64,000 bases of DNA, from the NCBI GenBank assembly GCA_038087875.1, contig CM075995.1, forward strand, positions 7,938,001-8,002,000, written 5' to 3'. Within the stretch, counting starts at the first letter, position 1. Each line of letters starts with the position of its first letter. Both the position numbers and the translations under genes were made by a program. A model generated the notes under the pieces. That model was not told the origin of the DNA, did not search any database, and saw only the letters and a program-made list of their open reading frames with translations. Shown one piece after another: positions 24,375-36,269 of the stretch. The DNA is from Malacoraja senta (Eukaryota).

Positions 24375-26524
24375 ATCTGTTATTTGCACTTTATCAGTTT
24401 ATTTATTCATTTGTGTATATATTTATATAATGGTATATGGAGTCATGCCTATTATGTTCTGTTGTGCTGAAGCAAAGCAAGAATTTCATTATCCTATCAG
24501 GGACACATGACAATAAACTCACTTGAAGCTCCTGCATTTTCAATAAATTGAAAGTGATTTTCAAGTTTTCTGCTAGTAGTTTACATAACAGAAGCTTAGA
24601 ATTTTTCTTTAGAATAAGCAGTAAAATAACCCCCAAAAGATATATATTTCATGGTAGACAATAGGTGCAGGAATATGCCATTCGGCCCTTCGAGCCAGCA
24701 CCGCCATTCACTGTGATCATGACTAATTTTCCACAATCAGTACCCCTATCCTGCCTTCTCCCCGGTTCCCTTGACTCTGCTATCTTTAAGAGCTCTATCT
24801 AACAGCAGTCTACTTTGAAGTCTGAAGAAGGGTCTCGACCCGAAATGTCACCCATCCCTTCTCTCCAGAGATGCTGCCTGTCCCGCTGAGTTACTCCGGC
24901 ATTTTGTGTCCATCTGCAGTCTACTTTAGTCAGATTCTGTTCTCTGTTGTGAAAGGACAAATGGAAATCGTAAAACAATCAAATCAGGTGGAAAGGAGGA
25001 GCAGGACATTTGTTTATCTGCAATGTGGTGGAATTGGGCAGCGTTTCCTCTTCTGTGTCTTTCCGAGGGGCATGATTTATAATTGTTATTAGACCATTTG
25101 GAGAAGAAGGAAAAATGCTAAAGTGCCTGCTATAGTAACCACACACTGTCACTGTATGTCATGCTGTCACTTGCGAGCGGAGCACCAAGGCAAATTCCTT
25201 GTATGTGAATACTTGGCCAATAAACTTATTCATTCATTCACATCAAAGGAAAATCCTGTATATAAGGAGTAGATGAACCTTTGTTCGTCGGGCAATCTCC
25301 AGTGATCATAGTAGTTGGCGCTCAGAAATAGAGTCTTGATTGTCTTGCCCGATCTTTGTGTTATGTTTTAAAGTTTTCTCCGACAAGTGTTGGCTGAGGG
25401 GAAGGTGACAACGCGGATCCGGGGAGCAGGAGGAAACACAGAGGGGGAGCAGCAAGAGGGTGTCGCAGAACTCTCGTCGGAGAGAGGAGGAGAACGTCTT
25501 CAAAGTCGGCATACCTCAAGGAGATTTCGCAGTGAAGCGGACGAAATGGGTCGGAGGGAACTGCAGATGCTGGTTTACACCGAAGTTGGACATAAAATGC
25601 TGGAGTAACTCAGCGGGACAGGCAGCATCTCCGGAGAGAAGGAATGGGGGCGAGACACTTCTTCAGACTGAGAGTCAGGGGGGAGGGAGACTGAAGATAT
25701 GGAAGGATAATTGGCTTCATGTAACAAGGCACAAGGCAGTGGTGGAAGTTTGTTTCAGACTGGAGGCCTGTGACTAGTGGTGTGCCTCAGGGAACGTGAG
25801 CCCATTGCTGTTTGTTGTTGATATTGACAATTTAGATGAGGATGCACATGGCATAATTACTAAGTTTGCAGATGACATTAAAGTAGGCGGTTTGTTTAAC
25901 GTAGATAAGTGTGAGATGTTCACAGCAGGACCTTCACAGTGAATGGTTGAAGGTGAGGGGTGAAAGATTTAATAGGAACCTGAGGGGCAACTTTTTCACT
26001 CAGAGGGTGGTAGGTGTGTGGAACGAGCTGCCGGAGGAGGTAGTTGAGGCGGATGCAATGACTACGTGGGTTTCTTCCGGGTTCTCCCCTCCTCCCATAT
26101 CTGAAAAACATGTGCAGCCCCTGTTCCAATACCGACAGCAAAGGGGCTGCTCCTCGCCTTCTGGCTCCTCTTCACACCCACCATAGAAACATAGAAACTA
26201 GGTGCAGGAGTAGGCCATTTGGCCCTTCGAGCCGGCGCCGCCATTCAAAATTATCATGGCTGATCATCCAAAATCAGTACCCCGTTCCTGCTTTTTCCCC
26301 ATATCCCTTGATTCCGTTAGCCCTAAGAGCTAAATCTAACTCTCTCTTGAAAACATCCAGTAAATCGGCATCCTCTGCCTTCTGTGACAGAGAATTCCAC
26401 AGATTCACAACTCTCTGGGTGAAAAGGGTTTTCCTCATCTCAGTCCTAAATGGCCTACCCCTTATTCTTAAACTGCGACCCCCTGGTTCTGGACTCCCCC
26501 CAACATGGGGAACATCTTTCCTGG

Positions 26525-26930
26525 CATCCTCATCTTTGGACAGCCTGTGCGTAGGGGAGAGAGTAGGGCTGAAGATGTTCTGGTTTGGGTTGCCCCTGGG
26601 CCTGACCAAGCTGGCTAGCTGCGAGTCACGGCGCCAGGAGGAAGAGGGCTCTGCCCGAGCCGGCTGCCTGCCCCTTTTCCGGGGTTACGTCCGCGCCCGG
26701 GTGGTACTAGAGAGGGACTACGCGCTGGCCACGGGCACCCTGGGGGATTTCTGGGACCGCTGGGCACTGCAGGGGGGGGGGGGGGGGAGGGGATATATCC
26801 TCAATAAGGATTGTATTATAGTTATATGAAAATTTAGTGTCTTCGATAATTTGGTGATTTTGTACTATGGTGATGGATGTGTTTGCACGGTTTTGTTTTG
26901 TAAGTATTATTTTGTATTGTAAATGAAAAG
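26525..26930 (+). mobile_element. Tx1-like LINE 3' end
   Basis: LGLTKLA...CLPLFRGYVRARVVLERDYALATGTLGDFWDRW resembles the Tx1 ORF2 C-terminus, followed by a T-rich 3' UTR. Confidence 0.6.
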
Positions 26931-27204
26931 TCCCTAGGGTCTAGGGAGTGAATGCGAAAAGGGAATACAGGGCTCGAAATTAGCGGTTGCCCGGGTGCCA
27001 CTGGCCACTCAAAGCACCGCCGGGCAACCTAAACACCGAGTCATTTTGCTCGGCTTGGCAACTAGATACTGGTTTGTACCGAAGATAGACACAAAAAACT
27101 GGAGTAACTCCACGGGTCAGGCAGCATCTCTGGAGAAAAGGAACGCGACGTTTCGTGTCGACGGCGGCTGTCGTGCGGGCAAATATACTAGGTGCGGGAT
27201 GAGG

Positions 27205-27546
27205 AAGGGTCGGAGCGAATGACAGGCCCCGAACAGCGGCAGCAGTGGCCGCGAACAGCGGCTCCATCTCCTCCTCCCGTCCCCCGCCCGCCCTGATAAG
27301 GGCCTCTGCTTGTAAATCCTCTAACAGCGATAACCGCTTTCAAAACAAACCCTCCAGCACTCCGAGGCCGGGTGGAAGGAGGGAAGGAGGGGGAGGCCTC
27401 GGAGTGCAGGAGGGTTTGTTTTGAAAGCCCGTTAGTGGGTTTACAAGCAGAGGCCCTTATCAGGGCGGGCTGGAGGAGGAGGAGATGGAACTGCTGTCGC
27501 GGCCGCTGTTGCCGCTGAGCAGGGCCCGTCATTCGCTCCGACCCTT
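27205..27546. repeat. Long foldback (about 160-bp arms, about 25-nt purine loop)
   Basis: aagggtcggagcgaatgac...ccctccagcactccgaggcc is mirrored by ggcctcggagtgcaggaggg...gtcattcgctccgaccctt. Confidence 0.9.
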
Positions 27547-27844
27547 TTGAAGCAGCTGCATCAAAGATCTTATAGCTATAGGATCTCTGAACTGCACCGC
27601 CCGGCCCCGCACCTTGCTGTTGGCTGGTGGAGGAAGGAGGCGGTGGCGAGGAGTTCCCAACGGCCAAGGCAGCGGGGTGATGTTGTCCGAGGAGCGCTGA
27701 CCTTCCTTCCTCCCCACCTAGCGCCCCCCCCCCCTCTCTCTCTTGTACGCCCGCTCCACCCCTCTTATCCTGAGACCCCTCCACTCCATCCCACTCTGAT
27801 CCCCATTTCCGCATCTATTCAGTCCTCACTGACATCCCCTGTGC

Positions 27845-28401
27845 TGTCGTGGTTTTAAGACTCAAAGTTTGGATAAGATGACACAGACACGGAGAATTCT
27901 TCAAGAAGACGAAAAGCCTTTATTTGCAAATATTCGGCTGAAACATTCAGAGATGACACCACCTGTCCGCTCTCTAATTGCTCTGATCCACAGAAACAAG
28001 CAGCTTTTTATTACACTCTTTCAGCCTTATCTCTGCTACATTATTTTTCATGCTGTACTCCTTTGCATCAATCTGTCTTTGATTCTAGTAATCTCTGTCT
28101 CGCCACCATTAGCTTCCGACCTTGGTTCAATCTTATTAAACTTTACATTTCCTCTCATATCTCGTCCTTCACTCACCACCCTTAAAATTAACTTCTAATG
28201 TCCCATCTATGTCCTTGTCCTGCCACCATTATGTATCAGCTAAAGCAACTTTAATCTCTCAGCTATGTCTGCCAAGGTTAGACGACACCATTTTGTACTG
28301 TTACATATTAGCTTATGTTTAATTCAAGGATATAAATGTATTTATTAAGAATACAAAGGTGCAAAATTAGAAATAAGTAACTTGTTTATAACTTCCATAT
28401 A
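27845..28401 (-). repeat. ERV 3' LTR
   Basis: Direct repeat of 34916-35450, ending ...cgaCA on the minus strand. PPT gaggagggag just upstream at ~28403-28412. Confidence 0.9.
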
Positions 28402-28624
28402 ACTCCCTCCTCTGAGACTCCACCGATTGTCAAAAGACAAAGTAAACCACACACACATCCCCCAGGTCAAATTACCCATAGAGCCCTAAAATGCAGGCTC
28501 TTTTAATTAAGTTTGCTTAATGCTGTGTAGCGTTCTTTCTCCGGCTCCCTGAGAAACTGGCCAAAAACCCACCCCCATTACGTGAGGCAGGAAAAAAGGA
28601 TCCAGTTTCCCTTACAGACTTCGT

Positions 28625-29035
28625 TTAACATTTTCCTAACACTTCTACTCCATTGTAGTAGTATTCTATCACCGAGGTCCACTTTCCTTGAGGGCCAGAT
28701 TCGTCTTCACCCGTTATCATTGGCAGTTGCTTCACAGTAGCTTTCACCAGGAGAGACTTAATACAGGGGAAAACACAGCACAACATGATTGCCACTGCAA
28801 GTAGTACAACCCCAATGGTCAAACCAATTTTAATCAGCCATGCTCCCCAAACCCCCCAACATGCTTTCCAGCCACCCAAACAATTGATGTTTTAACCCTA
28901 CGTTTCTTTTAACCTCACTCCTTATCCATGGCTTTAGTGAAAGACCCCTCCGGGCTAGTATTATTATGTATGAAGATGAAGCATTGTTCCCCAAACAAGA
29001 CACATAAACCCCTTTATTCTGACCTTATTTACACC
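28625..29035 (-). pseudogene. ERV env TM-subunit remnant
   Basis: GLCVLFGEQCFIFIHNNTSPEGSFTKAMDK (degenerate CX6CC) followed by TM helix IGLTIGVVLLAVAIMLCCVFPCI. Most of SU appears deleted. Confidence 0.75.
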
Positions 29036-29084
29036 AGTCTCATAGTCACTAATGTCTCCAAAAACCTCATATTACCTTTAACCA

Positions 29085-30415
29085 TATAACAATTACAGCA
29101 ATGAAACAGGCCATCTCGGCCCTTCTAATCTGTGCCGAACACTTACTCTCACCTAGTCCCATCTACCTGCACTCAGACCATAACCCTCCATTCCTTTCCT
29201 GTCCATATACCTATCAAATTTATTTTTAAATGATAAAATCGAACCTGCCTCCACCACTCCACTCATTCCACACAGCTACCACTCTCTGAGTAAAGAAGTT
29301 CCCCTTCATGTTACCCCTAAACTTCTGTCCCTTAATTCTCAATTCATGTCCTCTTATTTGAATCTTTCCTATTCTCAATTGAAAAAGCTTATCCACGTCA
29401 ACTCTGTCTATCCCTCTCATCATAACCTTCTGCGCTCCAAACAATAAAGACCTAACTTGTTCAACCTTTCTCTGTAACTTAGGTGCTGAAACCCAGGCAA
29501 CATTCTAGTAAATCTCATCTGTACTCCTCTATTTTGTTGACATCTTTCCTATAATTTGGTGACCAAAATTGTACACCATACTCCATAATTGGCCTCACCA
29601 ATGCCTTGTACAATTTTAACATTACATCTCAACTTCTATTCTCAATGCTCTGATTTATAAAGGCCAGCACACCAAAAGCTTTCTTTACCACCCTATCTAC
29701 ATGAGATTCCACCTTCAGGGAACTATGCACAGTTATTCTTAGATCCCTCTGTTCAACTGCATTCCTCAATTCACTACCATTTACCATGTACGTTCTATTT
29801 TGATTTGTCCTTCCAAGATGTAGCACCTCACACTTATCAGCATTAAACCCATCTGCCATCTTTCAGCCCACTCTTCCAAATGGCCTAAATCTCTCTGTAG
29901 ACTTTCAAAATCTACTTCATTATTCACAACACCACCTATCTTAGTATCATCTACATACTTACTTATCCAATTTACCACACCATCATCCAGATCATTGATG
30001 TATATGACAAACAACAGTGGACCCAACACAGATCCCTGAGGCACCCCACTAGTCACTGGCCTCCAACCTGACAAACAGCCATCCACCATTACTCTCTGGT
30101 ATCTCCCATTCAGCCACTGTTGAATCCATCTTGCCACTCCACCATTAATACCCAACAATTGAACCTTCTTAACAAACCTTCCATGTGGAACCTGGTCAAA
30201 GGCCTTACTGAAGTCCATATAGACAACATCCACCGCTTTACCCTCATCAATTTCCCTAGTAACCTCTTCAGAAATTCAAGAAGATTAGTCTAACATGACC
30301 TTCCAGGCACAAATCCATGTTGACTGTTCCTAATCAGACCCTGTTTATCCAGATGCTTATATATATAATCTTTAAGTATCCTTTCCATTAATTTGCCCAC
30401 CACTGACGTCAAACA
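29085..30415 (-). mobile_element. CR1 LINE inserted inside the ERV
   Basis: DVVYMDFSKAFDQVPH, GVPQGSVLGP and KYVDDTK motifs plus a CR1 3' tail, located between ERV pol and env. Confidence 0.9.
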
Positions 30416-30419
30416 ACGT

Positions 30420-32050
30420 TCTTGTTAGAACTCTGCTCTTCTCTCACTTCTTTGTCCTCCTGTTCACTTACCTCAGGGCTATTATCTAGTCGTACCTGCG
30501 GGACAGCCCTCATGTAAGGATTGAAATGGTACCAGGTAGATCAACCTACCTGAACAGCGGTGGGTGGTTTGGAAAGCTCATACATACACCTTGTCTCCAG
30601 GTTTAAAGGGTCCTTCCTCCTGGTCCACCTCCAACTGCTTTTACTTTGCCTGTGCATAAATAGACTTGTATATCATAATTAACTGTTGCATATACTTCTT
30701 AAATTCTACCTCTAACTGTTCCAAACTCGGCCCCTTGTAGGGACCTCTCCATTGTGCCACCTGCATAGGTCGGCCAGTAAGCATCTCATGTGGTGTTATG
30801 TGGGTTATTCGGTTAGTTTGCATGCAACATCTCTTCAGTGCCAATGGCAGGGCATCGATCCAATTCAACTTTGTAGTTACACAAATCTTATTTATCTTAG
30901 CCTTCAATGTTCCATTTATTCTTTCCACCATGCCCTGTGACTGCAGGTGTTACACATCCAAATCTGTGTTTTACTCTAAGGGCCTGTAGCACCAGCTTGA
31001 CTACTCTCTGAATGAAAACAATCCGTTGTCAAAGCTGATTTCTGTAGGTCTACCAAAACTCTCGATTACCTCATTCATCAGAAACTTCACTACAGTCCTT
31101 GCACCTAAATAGATCCAAGTTTACCTTAGACGTAATAACAGCTGATCATCCTCCAGATGCTGTTCTGACTGCTTCGTCTGCACTTTGATTCCCCTTCTTA
31201 TGTGCTTGGCATTTAATGACACCTAGTGCCCCTGGCTTCATTATTGCCCTCAACAGATCTGTACTTTACTGCTAACTTTTCATTGGGTCTCCATTGCTTT
31301 TCTCAAAGCCTTTCTGTTTCCCTACTGCTCCAACCATGTGACAGACCCCATGTACATATGCTTAGTCGGTATAAACTTCAGCTTTCTCACCTTCCCTCAT
31401 GTCACATGCTGCTCTTAAAGCCTTAATTTCTGCCAACTGAGCTAAGCAAGATTGCAGGCTTCCAATTTAATTACCTTAAAGTCTAATTCATCCTGATGCA
31501 CCACTTCAAACCCTGCATACTTGCTATTATGATCCCTTTAACAAGAAACATCCACAAGCAAAACCTTTTTGTCCCCTTCATTCAAAAGCTCTGACTGTAA
31601 AACATTTCTCAGACTTGTGTGTCCTTCTTCCTTCATTATTTTCCTTAATGACATCACAATTTCAACATACTTTCCAATCTAGTCTAAACTATATCCTGCC
31701 ATTCCCAAGATCATCATCATCTGTCCTACTGTCTGAGGTTTGGAAACTTCAATTATCTCTTCAATTTGATCCTGCGCTATAGCTTTTACTTCTTTAGATA
31801 TTATTCGTCCTGAATATTCTACCTGCAGCTGACAAAACCAACTTTTTCCTGGATACTTTATGACTTCCTGTGCCATCTTTTCCAAGAAAATTAAAATGTC
31901 TCTCTCACATTGCTTCTCACTTGTGGAACAAACCAACAAATCATCCACATACTGTATCAAATACTTTCTAAGGGTACACCTTCCAAATCTGCCTTTAACA
32001 TCTGATTAAAAACATGGGGCTAGTATTTAAAACCCTGCCGCATCCTAGCC
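30420..32050 (-). pseudogene. ERV pol remnant (RT, RNase H, integrase)
   Basis: QGF..., IQYVDDLLVCS and integrase GMVERINGTLKAKINK...WIDALPLAL...TPHEMLTGRPM, with deletions and frameshifts. Confidence 0.85.
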
Positions 32051-32149
32051 TAGGTGTATTTAATACCTCTTCTTAATGTTCTTACCATAGCTATGTTCAC
32101 CACTATCTTAATATAATTATTATTATATCCTGATTACCATACCTGTTCA

Positions 32150-33530
32150 CATCCCCAACACACCTTATGCATTACCTGTCTCCTTACTAGCCTTTCTTGA
32201 CCTCCTTGATATCCCTCCCTCCCTTGGGGACCCCAGTCCTGTCTGAGCTTATATCCAGATTTATTTCACTCCTGATAGGGCATTTGAGGAAACACTCCCT
32301 CAAAGACATTTATTATTGGCATGGGATTCTCTGGTCCCTGTTTGGCTCTGTCATAGGACTCACTCTGTGTCGGTGCATCACTTATTTCAGTCTTTTCAAC
32401 CAGGTCTATTGTTATTAACAACATTGTCTTTCCTTTTTTCACGCTCTTTCTTTTTGAGCTCTTCAAGTTACATTTGCATCATTTTTCTCTGCACCTCTTC
32501 CTGCAGGTCTGCAAGTCTTTTTCCTATCTTTGCGATATTTCTCGACCTCATTGACCAAATGATCGCTGAATCGGGGGTGGGAAATAGATGACAATCCCAC
32601 CACCTCCTCCAATCTAGACTTGACTTTAGGAGGAATGACATCCACCACAGTGGTTCAGAATATAGTGTTCATTAACTGGTTGCCTTCTATTTCTTGTTCA
32701 TTTTCAAGTCTCCACCTTTTCAGCTGGTTCTCCAGATAGGCTGCTGGATTATTTGCCTCTCCCAGTGGATCTCCCCTTTATTCCTTGGGGTCCACCTTAA
32801 GTGGGTAACATTGTCTGAGGGCCTGCCATACCCTCTGCCTGACTGTGTCAAACAGCATGCCATTGTTTATTGCATTGTTCACAGCATTTTTATACCAGCC
32901 ATCTTCAGTAGTTCTGTCAGTTTGGTGGTTCCTATCACTTTCACCAACAGTGCCTTCAAATCTCCCATAGCCAATAATCGTCCCATGTTCTCCTCCTCCA
33001 AAGCCCTAATCCATTTCCTGCCCCATCAGTAATATTGGGTAAGGTATTTTTAGCCCTCTCAGTTTATGGGTGCCCCAAAGGATAATCTGTGTCTGTCCTG
33101 CTCGTTTCTGTTTAAAGCAATCTCATCAATTCATCCCTCTGCTTCCCACTTAAATCCTTTCTGGTATGCCTTCTTTCTTATTCTAAACTCAATTTCTTGC
33201 TTCTTAGATATTCTAGCCTCCTTTGCAAATGCATTCACCTTTCTTTTAAAATCTTCCACTGACTCCTCCTGATTTATTACTTTCACACCTGTCGTTTCCT
33301 ACTTCTGTTACCTCCTCACTGCCTCTCTCTCCTTTCTTTATAAACTGCCTAAGTGCATCTAATTCCTTTCCTCTCCACTTTTCCCACCTTTCCAACTTAT
33401 CTGTGGTCATATAATTCATAATTAACACTTCCATCTTGTCACACATTTATCTTGAAAGTGCCTTCCTTGGGCCACTTCCTCACAACTGTTTCTGAAAATC
33501 TCAGCAAACAATCATTACCCTTCTCCAACC
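32150..33530 (-). pseudogene. ERV gag remnant
   Basis: Lys/Glu-rich fragmented ORFs (e.g. VDVIPPKVKSRLEEVVGL) between the leader and pol. Assigned by position and composition. Confidence 0.6.
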
Positions 33531-34314
33531 AGAATGTTTATCTAAACGAACCACAAAAGCTGGTCATGTTTCAGCAATTAACTTATTTCCAATTATTTGA
33601 ATCCATTCTCACCACTATTTTAAATTTCCAATTCCTAGTACTAGTAACAATTTTCCAAATTAACTTTACTGAAAAGAAATCTAAAAGAAACATCAGAAAA
33701 ACCAAGCAATCTACATTTTCCAACTTTCCCCTTATTAGTTGCGAGGATACAAAGTGTTAAACGTTACCTTACAGCTGTTCGTAACCTCCCCCATTGCTTA
33801 CAATTTCTTAAACACACACCTACCCTTACAGCATGTAGTCTACAACAAACAAAAGACTTATCACATATATGAACTTCCTCATTCATTCAAAACCGGTTTT
33901 TACACACAAATCACATTCGTTCCATTCTTACTTCAAAGAAATTATGCAATTTTCTACACAGATTAAAGTTTCAAAATTAACATTTATATAATTCTTATCT
34001 CCCTTTTAAGTTAAAGTAGGATGGTCTAATCCCCTATCAGTCAGGTTCCTGAGCGCTGTGATTGGACATTGATTCAGATCGTGATTAGTCATACTCACCA
34101 TCACTCAAATTCTAACCACACCCCACTAAGATCACAACCAATCAAAATCCTAGTCACTCAACATCTGACCACACCCCACTCCCATTACTCTCCAAACAAA
34201 GGAAGCACATTTCATCTTGATCTCTCAGCAGAGAGAATGCTGAGAGACCAAGCAGCAGAAAGAATGCAGCACTTTCTGTTACCTACTTTCTGTTACCCAC
34301 TTACCTTAAATTCG

Positions 34315-34570
34315 TATTTTGCCCGTACAGCCCTCAGTTACCCAAGGTGTTATCCACAAAATACTTTATTCTGCCCGTACAAACCCCTGACCTCTCAGGG
34401 TGGTATCCACAGAATGCCTTATTCTGCCCGTACAAACCCCTGACCTCTCAGGGTGGTATCCACAGAATGCCTTATTCTGCCCGTACAAACCCCTGACCTC
34501 TCAGGGTGGTATCCACAGAATACTTGCCTCGTCCGTGCAACCCCTGACCTCTCAGGGTGGTATCCACGAG
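34315..34570. repeat. 53-bp tandem repeat (about 5 copies) in the ERV leader
   Basis: ctgcccgtacaaacccctgacctctcagggtggtatccacagaatgccttatt starts at 34371, 34424 and 34477, with diverged flanking copies. Confidence 0.9.
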
Positions 34571-34893
34571 GTCTAATAAACTCTTAATACTATCACATAA
34601 TGCAATGCTGTACTTTCTTATTACTCACCATACAGCGCAGCCTTCTCGGACGATCCTTCGGGCCTCCTTTTTAGAACAATTTAGTGTCAGATTCTCGGAT
34701 CGGAGAGACCTTCTAACTACCTAGGCATTTCTGTGCCCCAATGGCCACCCATGTTCAACAGGTTATTAGTCCAAATGAAGCGGAAAACTGCATAATTTTT
34801 TAGGTGGCCACCCTTTCCCTGTTGTCCCTAGGAGCCAAGAGGGGCTGGGAAGTGCCCTGGGCTGTTTGTCTTTTAATTATCGGTCTCTTACCG

Positions 34894-34911
34894 ACCTTGC
34901 TCGCTGCGCCA
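34894..34911 (-). other. Primer-binding site, tRNA-Ser(UGA)-type
   Basis: Plus strand accttgctcgctgcgcca matches the recalled vertebrate tRNA-Ser(UGA) 3' end ACCCTGCTCGCTGCGCCA at 17 of 18 positions, 4 nt from the 5' LTR. Confidence 0.8.
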
Positions 34912-34915
34912 ATTT

Positions 34916-35450
34916 TGTCGTGGTTTTAAGACTCAAAGTTTGGATAAGATGACACAGACACGGAGAATTCTTCAAGAAGACGAAAAGCCTTTATTTGCAA
35001 ATATTCGGCTGGAACATTCAGAGATGACACCACCTGTCCGCTCTCTAATTGCTCTCTGATCCACAGAAACAAGCAGCTTTTTATTACACTCTTTCAGCCT
35101 TAACTCTGCTACATTATCTTTCATGCTGTACTCCTTTGCATCAATCTGTCTTTGATTCTAGTATTCTCTGTCTCGCCACCATTAGCTTCCGACCTTGGTT
35201 CAATCTTATTAAACTTTACATTTCCTCTCATATCTCGTCCTTCACTCGCCACCCTTAAAATTAACTTCTAATGTCCCAGCTATGTCCTGCCACCATTATG
35301 TTTCAGCTAAAGCAACTTTAATCTCTCAGCTATGTCTGCCAAGGTTAGACGACACCATTTTAGTGTATGTTTAATACAAGGATATAAATGTATTTATTAA
35401 GAATACAAAGGTGCAAAAGTAGAAATAAGTAACTTGTTTATCTTCCATAC
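34916..35450 (-). repeat. ERV 5' LTR
   Basis: Direct repeat of 27845-28401 with several small indels. Confidence 0.9.
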
Positions 35451-36269
35451 TCCCCTCCCCATCTACCCCCCCCCCCCATCTATTCATCCTGCGCTGATCA
35501 CCCTGTCCACCTAGCATTGATTCTCCTGTCCCCCCCATCCATCCTACACTGGTTCCCTAATTCACCCTGTACTTTCCCCTTTCCCATCCATCCTGCACTT
35601 CTCCTTCATCCATCCTGTACTAATCCATGCATTCATCCCGTACTGACCCACCCTCCATTTACCCTGCACCTTCCCCCCTTCCCCTCATTCATCCTGTAGT
35701 GATCCCCCATTCATCCTGCACAGACCCTCCGATCCACACTGCACTGACCCCCCCCATTCATCCTGCGCTGATCTCCCCCCCCCATCCATCCTGTACTGAT
35801 CCTCCCATTCAAGAAGAATGGGGGGAACAGTCTGAAGAAGGGTCTCGACCTGAAACGTTGCCTATTTCCTTCGCTCCATAGATGCTGCCTCACCCGCTGA
35901 CCTTCTCCAGCACTTTTGACTACCCACATCCATCCCGTACTGAACCCCCCCATTCAACACCACTGACATCCCCGGTGCTCTCCCCTCACAATTTTACCTA
36001 CTCCAACCAACACGTACTAATTCACCTGCCTCAATCCATCCATTCTGCACCGACTGCCTTCTAACCCCCCCACTCCCGCCATCTATCCACCCCGCACTTT
36101 CACACACACACCCCTCCCTGACCCTATTGTGCTGGAAATGTCTTCAGAGCGAACATTGACTATGTTTGATAACGGAATGCAATCAAATGTGTTTTAATTC
36201 CCAATGTTATTATTTGTTTTAATCCATAAAGATAGATTAATTATATTGGTCTGCATGGACTAAGCAGGT

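Larger units (their letters stand above)
19580..24525 (+). mobile_element. Rex1/Babar LINE 3' part, split by the DIRS insertion
   Basis: GAPQGCVLSPLLYSLYTHDC, IIKFADD and HQRLYFLRRL motifs at 19605-20380. The 3' UTR resumes after 24374 and ends in catgacaataaactc. Confidence 0.8.
27845..35450 (-). mobile_element. Endogenous retrovirus (class I/epsilon-like), two LTRs, defective
   Basis: Two ~550-bp LTRs, PBS, PPT, and gag, RT (QYVDDLLV), integrase (GMVERINGTLKAK) and env TM remnants on the minus strand. Confidence 0.9.

Noticed and set aside
34315..34570. CRISPR-like palindromic repeats
   Set aside because: These are head-to-tail units with no unique spacers, inside an ERV leader.
27841..35455. 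ERV target-site duplication
   Set aside because: The flanks (gtgc versus tccc) do not match and the outer end of the 5' LTR is degenerate, so no TSD is claimed.
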